Assembly: GCA_002329295.1 (NCBI GenBank)
Contig: DCTT01000018.1
Span: 8,866 to 72,865, forward strand
Origin: Eubacteriaceae bacterium UBA1433
Lineage (GTDB): Bacteria; Bacillota; Clostridia; Eubacteriales; UBA1433
Direction: 5' to 3'
Length of the DNA stretch: 64,000 bases
The stretch's first letter is position 1, and every line of letters begins with the position of its first letter. Below are positions 18,077-27,578 of this stretch, one piece after another. The notes beneath the pieces are model-generated. The model was not told where the DNA came from, did not search any database, and saw only the letters and a list, made by a program, of their open reading frames with translations. The position numbers and the translations under genes are program-made.

Positions 18077-19822
18077 ATGGCAACGATGATCAACAGACGA
18101 TTGATTGGAACAATTAAAGAAAGCAAACCGTATATTGTTAAGAACGTGGCTTTTCAATGGGTCTCGTTGATGGCGAATATCGTTATGATGGGAGCCGTTG
18201 CCCAATTGCTCCAAAGTCTGTATCAGGGTAATGTTACTAACAAACAAACGGGTGTAACTGCGATGATGATGACAGCGGCTATCTTGGTGCGGTTTTTCTG
18301 CGCTATGGGCGCCAACCGGATGGGTTTTTTGTCTTCTAAAACGGTAAAGGCAACTCTGCGTGAGCGAATTTATCGGAAATTGCTACGACTCGGTTCTTCT
18401 TATTCCCAACAAGTCAACACTTCCGAGGTAGTGCAGATTGCAGTAGAAGGTGTAGAACAGTTAGAAACCTATTTTGGTCAATATTTGCCTCAGTTTTTTT
18501 ACGCCATCCTTGCTCCACTGACTCTGTTCATGGTTCTTGCATGCATCAGTTTTCCTGTTGCATTGGTGCTGTTGGTCTGTGTACCGCTTATTCCTGTTGC
18601 CATTATCAGTATTCAGCGATGGGCAAAGAAGCTGCTTTCTAAATACTGGGGAGAATATACGACTCTCGGTGATACTTTTTTGGAAAATCTGCAGGGATTG
18701 TGCACTACAAAGATTTATCAGGCGGACGCATTTAAGCATCAAGAAATGAACGAACAGTCGGAGCGGTTCCGTAAAATTACGATGAAAGTGCTGACCATGC
18801 AGCTCAACTCTATTACCGTCATGGATCTTATTGCCTATGGCGGTGCAGCCTTGGGGGTGATTCTGGCAGCTATTCAGTTTCGCCTTGGAAATGTGAATTT
18901 GGCCGGCTGCATTCTGATTATTTTGTTGGCAGCAGACTTTTTTCTTCCTATGCGTCTTCTGGGCAGTTTTTTCCATATATCCATGAACGGTATGGCTGCA
19001 TCGGATAAAATTTTCCACCTGCTGGATTTGCCGGAAAAAGAAGAAAAAACAAAAGTGATTTCTGCCAACTGCACTATTGAATGTTGTGACCTCTGTTTTT
19101 CCTATGAAGAAGATAGAGAAATTCTTGCAGGTATTAATATGACTTTTCCCGAGGGCAGTTTTACTGCCATTGTGGGAGAAAGCGGTTGTGGAAAGTCCAC
19201 TTTTGCATCCATTCTCATGGGTCGAAATCAAGGATATTTTGGAAGCCTCACCGTGGGCGGTGTTGAACTGAATCAAATCAGCGAAGACAGCCTCATGAAA
19301 CATTTTACTTACATTGGACACCAGAGCTATCTGTTTAAAGGCACTGTTCGGGAGAATTTGTTGATGGCTAAACCTGATGCCGAAGAAGGGACTCTTTGGG
19401 AGGTGTTAGAACAGGTGCATCTGGCAGATTTTCTTCGAGAAGAAAAAGGTTTGGATACCATGTTGAATGAAAAAGCATCCAATTTCTCCGGCGGTCAATG
19501 TCAGCGATTGGCTTTGGCACGTGCATTGCTTCATGATAGCGCTGTTTATATTTTTGATGAAGCCACTTCTAATATTGATGTAGAAAGCGAAACCAGTATT
19601 ATGGAAGAAATTAAAAATCTTGCGAAAACCAAAACCGTTATTTTGATATCTCACCGATTGGCCAATGTGGTCAGCGCTGACCAAATCTATGTGCTAAGTA
19701 ATGGGCGTATTGCGGGTTTCGGTAACCATCAAGAACTTTTGAAGCAAAATAACGATTACGCAAAGCTTTGGAATGTTCAGCAGAAGCTGGAATCTTACAA
19801 TCGTGGGGGTGCAGGCGTATGA
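18077..19822 (+). CDS. ABC transporter permease/ATP-binding protein (CydD-like half transporter)
   Basis: 581 aa. Six-TM exporter domain, Walker A GESGCGKST, signature FSGGQCQRLALAR, Walker B IFDEATSNID. Confidence 0.85.
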   Translation: MATMINRRLIGTIKESKPYIVKNVAFQWVSLMANIVMMGAVAQLLQSLYQGNVTNKQTGVTAMMMTAAILVRFFCAMGANRMGFLSSKTVKATLRERIYRKLLRLGSSYSQQVNTSEVVQIAVEGVEQLETYFGQYLPQFFYAILAPLTLFMVLACISFPVALVLLVCVPLIPVAIISIQRWAKKLLSKYWGEYTTLGDTFLENLQGLCTTKIYQADAFKHQEMNEQSERFRKITMKVLTMQLNSITVMDLIAYGGAALGVILAAIQFRLGNVNLAGCILIILLAADFFLPMRLLGSFFHISMNGMAASDKIFHLLDLPEKEEKTKVISANCTIECCDLCFSYEEDREILAGINMTFPEGSFTAIVGESGCGKSTFASILMGRNQGYFGSLTVGGVELNQISEDSLMKHFTYIGHQSYLFKGTVRENLLMAKPDAEEGTLWEVLEQVHLADFLREEKGLDTMLNEKASNFSGGQCQRLALARALLHDSAVYIFDEATSNIDVESETSIMEEIKNLAKTKTVILISHRLANVVSADQIYVLSNGRIAGFGNHQELLKQNNDYAKLWNVQQKLESYNRGGAGV

Positions 19823-21459
19823 AGCGAAACGGCTTTCAAATTATGACACGATTAACAGGTCTTGTTCGTCCCTTGATCGGCTATATGGCGTTAGCCGTTG
19901 TAATGGGTTTGGTTGGCCATTTATGCGCCAGTTTTATTACTATTTTCGGCGGTTATGCAGCGCTTGGAATTATAGGATATAAGATACCCCTGTCCTTAAG
20001 ATTTATTTTTATTTGCTTGATTGTTTTTGCATTGCTCCGGGGATTTCTTCGATATGCCGAACAGTTTTGTAATCATCTTATTGCCTTCAAGCTTCTTGCA
20101 TTGATTCGCGACAAAATCTTCGGCGCGTTAAGAAGGCTATGTCCGGCGAAACTGGATGGCAAAGATAAAGGAGACTTGATTGCAGTCATCACTTCCGATA
20201 TTGAGCTTTTGGAGGTTTTTTACGCCCACACCATTTCCCCTGTCTGCATTGCTCTTCTTTTTTCCGGTGTGATGGTTGCGTTTATCGGATCCTATCATAT
20301 TGCGTTGGCTGTGTTAGCGCTGATTGCGTATTTAACCGTCGGTATAGCCGTTCCGATCGTGACTTCTAAAATCAGCGGAGATGATGGCATGCGCTTTCGT
20401 TGCAAATCCGGACAGTTATCTGCCTTCGTGCTGGATAGTCTTCGCGGATTGCAAGAAATTATTCAGTACAGACAGGGAGAAAATCGTGTGGCGGAAATGA
20501 ATGACCGTACCAATGCTCTTTCTAAAGACGAAGAGAAGATGAAACGAACTGCAGGTCGCAACAGCGCTGTTACCGATACGGTAATTTTGATATTCGATTT
20601 TGTCATGTTGTTTATGTCTGCGGTACTTGTGGGATTTGAAGGAGCTTTGATTGTCACGTTAGCATTGATGAGTTCTTTTGGTCCTGTAGTTGCTTTGGCG
20701 GCGTTGGGAAGCACGTTGCAAAATACCTTTGCTGCAGGAAACAGGGTGCTGGACATTTTGGATGAAAATCCTGTGGTGGAAGAAATAAGCGGGAAACCTA
20801 AGGTAGATTTTAGAGGTGCATCTGCAAAAAATGTCATTTTTTCTTATAGAGAGGAAATAGTTTTAGATAATTTCTCGGTGGAAATTCCGGAAAATAAGAT
20901 TATTGGTATTACCGGTCGTTCCGGTTCCGGCAAATCCACGCTGTTGAAGCTTTTTATGCGATTTTGGCAGGTACAGAGCGGTGAAATCGCTATCAGCAAA
21001 ATCAGTGTAAATCATATCAATACTGCAAATCTTCGTGATATGGAAAGTTTCGTCACTCAAGAAACACACTTGTTTCATGATTCCATTCGCAACAATTTGC
21101 GCATTGCAAAACAAGATGCAACGGAGGAAGAAATTATTGCAGCTTGCAAAAAAGCCTCTGTTCACGATTTTATTCTTTCTTTGCCCAAAGGCTATGATGC
21201 GGAGGTCGGTGAGCTTGGCGATACCTTATCAGGCGGTGAGCGACAGCGTCTGGGGTTGGCCAGGGCGTTTCTCCATAATGCGCCTTTTCTGTTATTGGAT
21301 GAGCCTACTTCCAATTTGGATAGTTTGAATGAAGCGGTGATTTTGAGGTCGTTGAAAGAAGAAAGTCAGGGAAAAACTGTGGTTTTGGTGTCTCATCGAA
21401 AGTCTACTATGGGCATTGCAGACATAGCCCATTCCGTAGAACACGGAAGAATCAGTTGA
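19819..21459 (+). CDS. ABC transporter permease/ATP-binding protein (CydC-like half transporter)
   Basis: Start ATG 19819 forms an ATGA overlap with the upstream stop. Walker A GRSGSGKST, signature LSGGERQRLGLAR, Walker B LLLDEPTSNLD. Confidence 0.85.
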   Translation: MKRNGFQIMTRLTGLVRPLIGYMALAVVMGLVGHLCASFITIFGGYAALGIIGYKIPLSLRFIFICLIVFALLRGFLRYAEQFCNHLIAFKLLALIRDKIFGALRRLCPAKLDGKDKGDLIAVITSDIELLEVFYAHTISPVCIALLFSGVMVAFIGSYHIALAVLALIAYLTVGIAVPIVTSKISGDDGMRFRCKSGQLSAFVLDSLRGLQEIIQYRQGENRVAEMNDRTNALSKDEEKMKRTAGRNSAVTDTVILIFDFVMLFMSAVLVGFEGALIVTLALMSSFGPVVALAALGSTLQNTFAAGNRVLDILDENPVVEEISGKPKVDFRGASAKNVIFSYREEIVLDNFSVEIPENKIIGITGRSGSGKSTLLKLFMRFWQVQSGEIAISKISVNHINTANLRDMESFVTQETHLFHDSIRNNLRIAKQDATEEEIIAACKKASVHDFILSLPKGYDAEVGELGDTLSGGERQRLGLARAFLHNAPFLLLDEPTSNLDSLNEAVILRSLKEESQGKTVVLVSHRKSTMGIADIAHSVEHGRIS

Positions 21460-21787
21460 GGGATATAAAAGCGGAGCAAAAATGAAAAAACAGTATCCTT
21501 GGAAGGGTTTCTGCATTTTTGTAAAAATATGGTGTAAGGGTTTGTGTTCAGCTAACAAAGCAAACAATGATTATACAAAGATGTACAGTGAAAAATATTC
21601 TTTGTTAGTTGGTTAGAAACAAAAGTATTTTATTCCAATGGAAAGTTTATTGTGATCGTTTTAATCTGCGTAAAAAATTTGAGAAGCAGTGCGGTTTTCT
21701 GATTTCTAAATGATATTTTGCCATCCTGTTATGGCAATATGCTACATGGTTGAAACACGAGAAAAAAATGATACGGGAGAAATATAA

Positions 21788-22198
21788 GTGAATTTGAAAA
21801 AAACATTTTATATGATTCTTGGGTGTATCGGGCTGGGATTGGGTGCAGTTGGTGCCGTGGTGCCAATGCTTCCGGCATTTCCTTTTTTATTGTTGGCAGC
21901 CTATTGTTTTGCTCGCAGCAACGAAAAGTTGCACAGCTGGTTTGTGCAGACAAAGCTCTACAAAGAAAACCTGGAAGATTATGTTGCAGGTCGAGGTATG
22001 ACAAAAAAAACGAAAGTCCGCATTATGATTACGGTGACGTTGTTAATGAGTATCGGCTTTGCCATGATGGGTGCGGTTCCCGTAGGCCGAATGGTGTTGG
22101 GTGGCGTATGGGCGTTTCATATTGTTTATTTTATTTTTGGAATTAAAACAATTCCTGCAAAAGCGAGGGATATTACAACAACATATAAAAAAATGTAA
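21788..22198 (+). CDS. DUF454 (YbaN) family inner membrane protein
   Basis: LGLGAVGAVVPMLPAFPFLLLAAYCFARS motif. GTG start with GGGAG upstream; ATG 21812 is an alternative start. Confidence 0.8.
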   Translation: MNLKKTFYMILGCIGLGLGAVGAVVPMLPAFPFLLLAAYCFARSNEKLHSWFVQTKLYKENLEDYVAGRGMTKKTKVRIMITVTLLMSIGFAMMGAVPVGRMVLGGVWAFHIVYFIFGIKTIPAKARDITTTYKKM

Positions 22199-22434
22199 AG
22201 CCTTAAATATTCTGCTGCCGGTCAGTAATCTCTTCCATGTTCAGATTTCAAGGAGTGGGTTTGTATTAAAAAATTGGCTTTCATAATTTTTTTATTGCTG
22301 TATGCAGTTTGCACCGGAAGCTGTCAGCAAGCAGAATCGTGTTTAAATGGTTGAGAAAAGAGGACGGTGAATGGCAGGCGTGAAAGCCGAAGGAAAGTAA
22401 AAAAAAGCAAAGTATATGAACTTTGCATAAAAAA

Positions 22435-23034
22435 TTATTTTTTTGAACGACTTCTTAATTGCATGGCATGATCCTTAGCGCGATCCCACAAACTGTCTTT
22501 TCCTTTTTTTTGTTTCTTTTTATATTCTTTCGCCATTTTTACATAATCAACTTCCGTATTGTTGACAAAAGTGTTGCGCACGCGAATCGATTTGTTCATA
22601 TATATTAAAAACGAGACGGGAATAATCAATGATTGCAAAAGACGCATAAAGAACGGAAAATCGAGCGGAGATTTTGTAATATTGGCACCTATAAAGTAGC
22701 TGAGAATCAAAATGATGACGGAAAGAGGCATTAAAATATTGACCAGCTTTTTTACGATGGGTTTTTCTAAAGCCACTAAAACAGCGATTGCAATAAAGGA
22801 TAAGACAATCAGTACATATCCAAAAAATTCGTAAGTGCGGAATACATTATAGATTTGTGCACTTTGTGTGGAAAAATGAAATCCGGATTGTAAAAAGTAG
22901 GGAAAGTAGGATCGATACATTGAAATCAAGTATCCAACAGCGGTTGCAGCCAGTGCTACCGTGAAAAGCATCATCATACCGTCAAAACCGCGGACATCTT
23001 TTTTTGGATTTTTAAACTTATCAATAATGGACAT
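22435..23034 (-). CDS. Hypothetical multi-pass membrane protein with a basic C-terminal tail
   Basis: 199 aa, 4-5 hydrophobic segments, GGAG ribosome-binding site. No family recognised. Confidence 0.6.
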   Translation of the reverse strand: MSIIDKFKNPKKDVRGFDGMMMLFTVALAATAVGYLISMYRSYFPYFLQSGFHFSTQSAQIYNVFRTYEFFGYVLIVLSFIAIAVLVALEKPIVKKLVNILMPLSVIILILSYFIGANITKSPLDFPFFMRLLQSLIIPVSFLIYMNKSIRVRNTFVNNTEVDYVKMAKEYKKKQKKGKDSLWDRAKDHAMQLRSRSKK

Positions 23035-23402
23035 TTTCTACTCCAGACTGTAATTTGTAACATTCTAACATAAAACAAAGAAGAAGTCATCATAAATCTG
23101 TTTATTTCTGAAAACTCACGTTTTCTCAACATGAAACGAAGGTTGCAATAGCAGTTGTTCGGAATGGAAGGGCTTATTTTCTATACAAATAGTTGCGATT
23201 TTATATATTATTTTTGTGCGTATAGGTGCTGATTGGAATAGGGTTACATTTTTTAAAGTGCGAAGAAAGGTTTCAATTATTTTGACTGTGACTGATTTGT
23301 GTTGTAATAAATCAGTGTTGTTTGAGCGAGCAATATCTTATATAATAAAAAAAGAAGTATAGATAAGACCAGGGAAAATATAAGAAATCGGCAGGGAAAA
23401 AC

Positions 23403-24344
23403 GTGCAAAAAATTGTAGTTCATGAAAGCGAATGCGGTCAGCGTGTTGACCGATTTATTTCAAAATATTTCAAACAGCTTCCTTTTGCGAAAATACAAAA
23501 AATGTTACGGGAAAAAGACATCAGAGTTAACGAACAAAAAGTAGCCGGAAGTTATCGGTTGGCAGCCGGTGACGAGATTCGTATTTTTTTGTATGAGCGG
23601 GCAACACAATCCGATGACCATGTTCACGGTGATTTTATGCTCAGTGCAAAAAAAATTGTTTATGAAGATGAAAATATTCTTATTTATTATAAATCCGTCA
23701 ATCAAACTGCCCAAGGCGCGCAATCTCAGAGCGAAAATCTCACAGACGGACTGGTGAATTATTTGAAACACAAAGGAGAATATGATCCGAGGACACAAAA
23801 GATATTTTCACCCTCTTTTATTAATCGCCTGGATACAAACACGCAAGGGTTGATGTTTGGCGTAAAAAACTATGTATCGGCGCGCAAGTATGCTGCGCTG
23901 TTGAGAGAGGGAAAAATCAAAAAATATTATACGGCGCTTTTGTGCGGTGTCGCGCCGAAAAAAGGAACTTATCAGGCTTTTCATCTCAAGGATACGCGAA
24001 CAAAAACAGCCTGGATCGGGCAAAGAGCAAAGCCGGGCGCAAAACCCATTGCCACGACGATTATAGACGTGGCAAGCAATCGGGATTTTCATCTTTGCAG
24101 GATTTTATTGGATACGGGAAAGTTTCATCAAATCAGAGCGCATATGGCTTATTTACATGCTCCGGTAGTGGGAGACAATAAATACGGAAATGCAACAATC
24201 AATGAAATTGTGCAAAGAAGGCATGGCGTCGAGCATCAGTTGTTGATTGCCGATGAGTTGGTATTTCCGATGGGAGAAGAAATAAAGCGAATCAAAATAG
24301 ACTTACCTGAAAAGTTTACGGAAGTTTTTATGGAAAGGCAGTAG
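23403..24344 (+). CDS. RluA family pseudouridine synthase (S4 domain plus catalytic domain)
   Basis: NRLDTNTQGLM catalytic-Asp motif (RLD), GKFHQIRAH motif, N-terminal S4-like RVDRF..L. GTG start. Confidence 0.85.
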   Translation: MQKIVVHESECGQRVDRFISKYFKQLPFAKIQKMLREKDIRVNEQKVAGSYRLAAGDEIRIFLYERATQSDDHVHGDFMLSAKKIVYEDENILIYYKSVNQTAQGAQSQSENLTDGLVNYLKHKGEYDPRTQKIFSPSFINRLDTNTQGLMFGVKNYVSARKYAALLREGKIKKYYTALLCGVAPKKGTYQAFHLKDTRTKTAWIGQRAKPGAKPIATTIIDVASNRDFHLCRILLDTGKFHQIRAHMAYLHAPVVGDNKYGNATINEIVQRRHGVEHQLLIADELVFPMGEEIKRIKIDLPEKFTEVFMERQ

Positions 24345-24345
24345 C

Positions 24346-24882
24346 ATGGGATATTTTCACACACGCGGGCTGCGGGGCAATACCCTGGAAGAGCTGATCA
24401 ACATCACCAATGCGGAATATTTAAAACATCATCTGGCGGCGGTGCAAAAGGTGCCTACCCCTATTACGGCGACGGAGATCGACAAAAAACGGGGGGTCAT
24501 TACGTTGGGATATTTTGAAAAAAAATCTACCGTGGATTATATCGGCAACGTGCAAGGCATTCCCATTTGCTTTGATGCAAAAGAAACTTCGCTTCAATCT
24601 CTTCCGATTCAAAACATCCATGCGCATCAGATGGAATTTATGGAAAGTTTTACAAAACAGGAAGGCGTTGCTTTTCTTCTCGTTTATTTTTCTCGTTACA
24701 ACGAGTCCTATTTTATTGATTTTGAAACAGTGAAAACCTACTATGATCATGCGGCAAAAGGGGGACGCAAGAGCATTCCTTACAGCAGCATGAATCAGCG
24801 CTATAAAATCGAACGAGCCGGAGGATATTTGTTGCATTATTTAGAGGCGCTCAGCGCTTACATGGAGGATACGAAAAAATGA
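24346..24882 (+). CDS. recU: Holliday junction resolvase RecU
   Basis: 178 aa. RG..LE..IN.TN..Y N-terminus and VDYIG..GIPICFDAKET core. Confidence 0.85.
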   Translation: MGYFHTRGLRGNTLEELINITNAEYLKHHLAAVQKVPTPITATEIDKKRGVITLGYFEKKSTVDYIGNVQGIPICFDAKETSLQSLPIQNIHAHQMEFMESFTKQEGVAFLLVYFSRYNESYFIDFETVKTYYDHAAKGGRKSIPYSSMNQRYKIERAGGYLLHYLEALSAYMEDTKK

Positions 24883-25328
24883 AAGAAGTATTGATTTACA
24901 CCGATGGCGGATGCAGAGGCAATGATTCTTCTCAGGAGAATATTGGCGCTATCGGCATTGTATTGATCTATAAAGGAAATAAAAAAGAATACAGTGAAGT
25001 ATTTTATAACACGACCAATAACAAAATGGAGCTGACAGCGGTAATCAAAGCATTGCAAATGCTCAAAGAGCCTTGCAAGGTGAAATTGCATAGTGATTCG
25101 GCATATATTGTGGAAGCGTTTCGTCAAGGTTGGGTGGATATATGGAAGCAAAACGGTTGGCGACGACCGAAAAATGAAGAACTGAAAAACAGAGAATTGT
25201 GGCAACTGTTGGATATTTTGGTCAGGAGACACGATGTGGAGTTTATCAAAGTAAAAGGTCATAGTACAGATGTTTACAACAATCGATGTGATGAAATACT
25301 CAATATCGCATTGGATGAAGCGCAGTAA
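24879..25328 (+). CDS. rnhA: Ribonuclease HI
   Basis: 149 aa. YTDGGCRGN, TNNKMELTAV and the C-terminal N.RCDE motif. ATGA overlap with recU. Confidence 0.88.
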   Translation: MKEVLIYTDGGCRGNDSSQENIGAIGIVLIYKGNKKEYSEVFYNTTNNKMELTAVIKALQMLKEPCKVKLHSDSAYIVEAFRQGWVDIWKQNGWRRPKNEELKNRELWQLLDILVRRHDVEFIKVKGHSTDVYNNRCDEILNIALDEAQ

Positions 25329-25341
25329 AATGCGCTTTTTT
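25318..25341 (+). terminator. Intrinsic terminator after rnhA
   Basis: aagcgca / tgcgctt stem, 6-nt loop, T-run. Confidence 0.65.
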
Positions 25342-25371
25342 GTTTGAAAGAAGGTGAAAGATAAAATTATT

Positions 25372-25400
25372 TTGCCTTGCAAATAGTTTTATAGTATAAT
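25372..25400 (+). promoter_or_regulatory. Sigma-A type promoter
   Basis: TTGCCT-N17-TATAAT upstream of the 25458 dehydrogenase gene. Confidence 0.5.
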
Positions 25401-25457
25401 AATAAAGAAAAAAGCGCCGAAATGTTATCGGTATATTGAGTTATTGGAGGAGAAGAA

Positions 25458-26438
25458 ATGAAAAAGAAAGTTTATATTGCAGATGATACCATTGTCAGTA
25501 AAGACATTGCAGAAAGGATTTTTGATTCCGAAAAATATGAATTGTATTTTTCTATGAGCAAAACAGAGGAAGACTTAATTGCGAACTGCAAAGACGCCAA
25601 TGCTTTGATTGTCACCGATTGTGATGTGACAAAAAAAGTTCTTGACGCTATGCCCAACTTGGAATATGTATCGGGAGCAATCATCGGGTTTAACACCATA
25701 GATCTTGAAGAAACCAAAAAACGCGGTATTCCGGTTTCCAATAATCCGCGTTATTGCACAAATGAAGTGGCAGACCATACATGTTCGTTGATTATGACCT
25801 TGAATCGATATATTTTAGAGTTGAACAGAGATGTACAGGTTGATCATAAATGGACGCGCGGCCATAGTATTCCCGGCAACAAAATCCGCAGACTCAATAC
25901 GCAGGTGCTTGGAATGTTCGGCTTTGGCGCTATTGCAAAAGCCGTGGCAAAACGCATGCAGGCATTTGGCTTGACCGTGATTGCTTATGACCCTTATGTG
26001 TCTAAAGAAGTAGGTGATTCGCTGAATGTGGAAATGGTAGAAATTGACGAATTGTGCAAACGTGCAAACATTATCTCGATCCATATGCCGCATATGGACT
26101 CTACAGACAAGATGATTAACAAGTCGTTGTTTGATAAAATGGAACAAAATCCGATTATCGTAAACTGTGCCAGAGGCGGCGTTGTGAATGAAGATGACCT
26201 TGTAGAAGCGCTGAAATCCGGACAACTCAGCGGAGCCGGTCTGGATGTTGTAAGTGACGAAAGAGCGCCAATCGGCGACAATCCGCTTTTGGGGCTGGAA
26301 CATGTGATTATCACTCCTCATGCAGCGTATTATTCCTACGACGCAAGAATCGAAATGCAAGAGTTGAGCTGCAAACATGTAGTTTGGTTCTATGAAGGCG
26401 AAAAAGACAAATTACCTATCGTAAACGGGGTCAAATAA
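25458..26438 (+). CDS. D-isomer-specific 2-hydroxyacid dehydrogenase, CtBP-like
   Basis: 326 aa. NNPRYCTNEVADHT, GMFGFGAIAK NAD fold, CARGG, ITPHAAYYS. Confidence 0.85.
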   Translation: MKKKVYIADDTIVSKDIAERIFDSEKYELYFSMSKTEEDLIANCKDANALIVTDCDVTKKVLDAMPNLEYVSGAIIGFNTIDLEETKKRGIPVSNNPRYCTNEVADHTCSLIMTLNRYILELNRDVQVDHKWTRGHSIPGNKIRRLNTQVLGMFGFGAIAKAVAKRMQAFGLTVIAYDPYVSKEVGDSLNVEMVEIDELCKRANIISIHMPHMDSTDKMINKSLFDKMEQNPIIVNCARGGVVNEDDLVEALKSGQLSGAGLDVVSDERAPIGDNPLLGLEHVIITPHAAYYSYDARIEMQELSCKHVVWFYEGEKDKLPIVNGVK

Positions 26439-26486
26439 TATAACAATGCCGGCTATAATCGGCGTGTTTACCTTTGACGAAAGATT

Positions 26487-26519
26487 AAGCCTCTGTCGTT
26501 ATAACGACAGAGGCTTTTT
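26487..26519 (+). terminator. Intrinsic terminator
   Basis: gcctctgtcg / cgacagaggc stem followed by TTTTT. Confidence 0.8.
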
Positions 26520-26577
26520 GTTTAAAAACATCCGTTTTTTTGTGTTGAACCATTATAGCGGTAAACACTGAAAAAAT

Positions 26578-26949
26578 TCAGTTTTTTAGCTGTTTCATAT
26601 AATTTTGAATTGCCGCAAAAGTCGCCTCGCTGATTTCGTGTTCCACTTTGCAAGCATCTTCATCGGCCGTTTCGTCATCAACGCCTAAAGCGATGAAAAA
26701 ATCAGTCAGTACGTTATGTCGCTCATAGATGCGTTTGGCGATGTCCATTCCCGCAGAAGTCAACGTAATTAATCCGTCGGTATCCATCGTAATATAGCCG
26801 TTTTCGCGAAGCCGTTTGGTGGCATAGCTGACACTGGGTTTTGTAACGCCTAATTCTGCGGCAATATCAACAGAACGTACATAGCCGTGTCGTTTTTTTA
26901 AAACAAGCATTGCTTCCAGATAATCTTCTGATGATTTTAATATTCTCAT
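26578..26949 (-). CDS. DtxR/MntR family metal-dependent transcriptional repressor (short form, no SH3-like domain)
   Basis: 123 aa. MRILKSSEDYLEAM..GYVRSVDIAAELGVTKPSVS.ATKRL..GY helix-turn-helix plus a metal-binding helical domain. Divergent from feoA. Confidence 0.85.
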   Translation of the reverse strand: MRILKSSEDYLEAMLVLKKRHGYVRSVDIAAELGVTKPSVSYATKRLRENGYITMDTDGLITLTSAGMDIAKRIYERHNVLTDFFIALGVDDETADEDACKVEHEISEATFAAIQNYMKQLKN

Positions 26950-27022
26950 AATGATTTTTTCCCCGCATTCAATGAATCTACAGTCACGTTAACATATTTG
27001 ATAAAAAAAGACAAGAAAATGC

Positions 27023-27051
27023 TTGACATATTGAGTTAGAGGCGTTAAACT
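27023..27051 (+). promoter_or_regulatory. feo operon promoter
   Basis: TTGACA (27023-27028), 17-nt spacer, TAAACT (27046-27051). Confidence 0.55.
27035..27050. promoter_or_regulatory. Palindromic operator candidate (imperfect) GTTAG-N6-TTAAAC
   Basis: gttagaggcgttaaac overlaps the promoter spacer and -10. Confidence 0.4.
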
Positions 27052-27057
27052 ATTCGA

Positions 27058-27077
27058 TAGTTAGACAAAACTAACTA
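27058..27077. promoter_or_regulatory. Palindromic operator candidate TAGTTAG-N6-CTAACTA
   Basis: tagttagacaaaactaacta with perfect 7-bp arms, at the predicted transcript start. Confidence 0.6.
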
Positions 27078-27116
27078 AAAAACAAATTGTCTGTAATCGG
27101 AAAGGCGGCGAGAAGA

Positions 27117-27326
27117 ATGGTATTGTCAAAGGCGGAAATCGGAAAGCCTGTCTGCATTCGGGAAATTCAAGGTGAAAATGAGATGCGAAAACACTTGGGT
27201 GAGTTGGGTTTGGTGGTAGGAGAAGAGGTTAGCATCGTATTGAAATGCGCAGGGAATTTTATTCTGCAAGTAAAAGACAGCCGCTTGGCATTGGATGCCG
27301 GAATGGTAAACAGAATTATTATTTAG
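27117..27326 (+). CDS. feoA: Ferrous iron transport protein A (FeoA)
   Basis: FeoA-size SH3-like sequence (M)VLSKAEIGKPVCIREI..LGELGLVVGEEVSIV. ATG 27117 is preferred over the TTG 27087 track start, but the choice is uncertain. Confidence 0.8.
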   Translation: MVLSKAEIGKPVCIREIQGENEMRKHLGELGLVVGEEVSIVLKCAGNFILQVKDSRLALDAGMVNRIII

Positions 27327-27342
27327 TGGGAGGAGACGAAAA

Positions 27343-27564
27343 ATGAAAACATTACGGGACGCTAAAATCGGCGAAATTGTCGTTGTGGCAAAATTACACG
27401 GTGAAGGAGCGACGAAACGGCGCATTATGGATATGGGCATTACAAAGGGCACCAATATTTTTGTTCGCAAATCCGCGCCGCTGGGTGACCCATTGGAGAT
27501 CAATGTGCGCGGCTATGAGCTTTCTTTGCGAAAGGCTGATGCGGAAATGATTGAAATCAAATAA
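27343..27564 (+). CDS. feoA: Ferrous iron transport protein A (FeoA), second copy
   Basis: 73 aa. L.DAKIGEIVVV..RRIMDMGITKGT. GGAGGAG ribosome-binding site. Confidence 0.88.
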   Translation: MKTLRDAKIGEIVVVAKLHGEGATKRRIMDMGITKGTNIFVRKSAPLGDPLEINVRGYELSLRKADAEMIEIK

Positions 27565-27578
27565 TTTTTTTAAGCAAA

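Noticed and set aside
23291-23316. Inverted repeat actgattt-N10-aaatcagt upstream of the rluA-family gene.
   Set aside because: It is an 8-bp AT-rich stem without a clear T-run or a partner regulator. It could be chance in a 370-bp AT-rich spacer.
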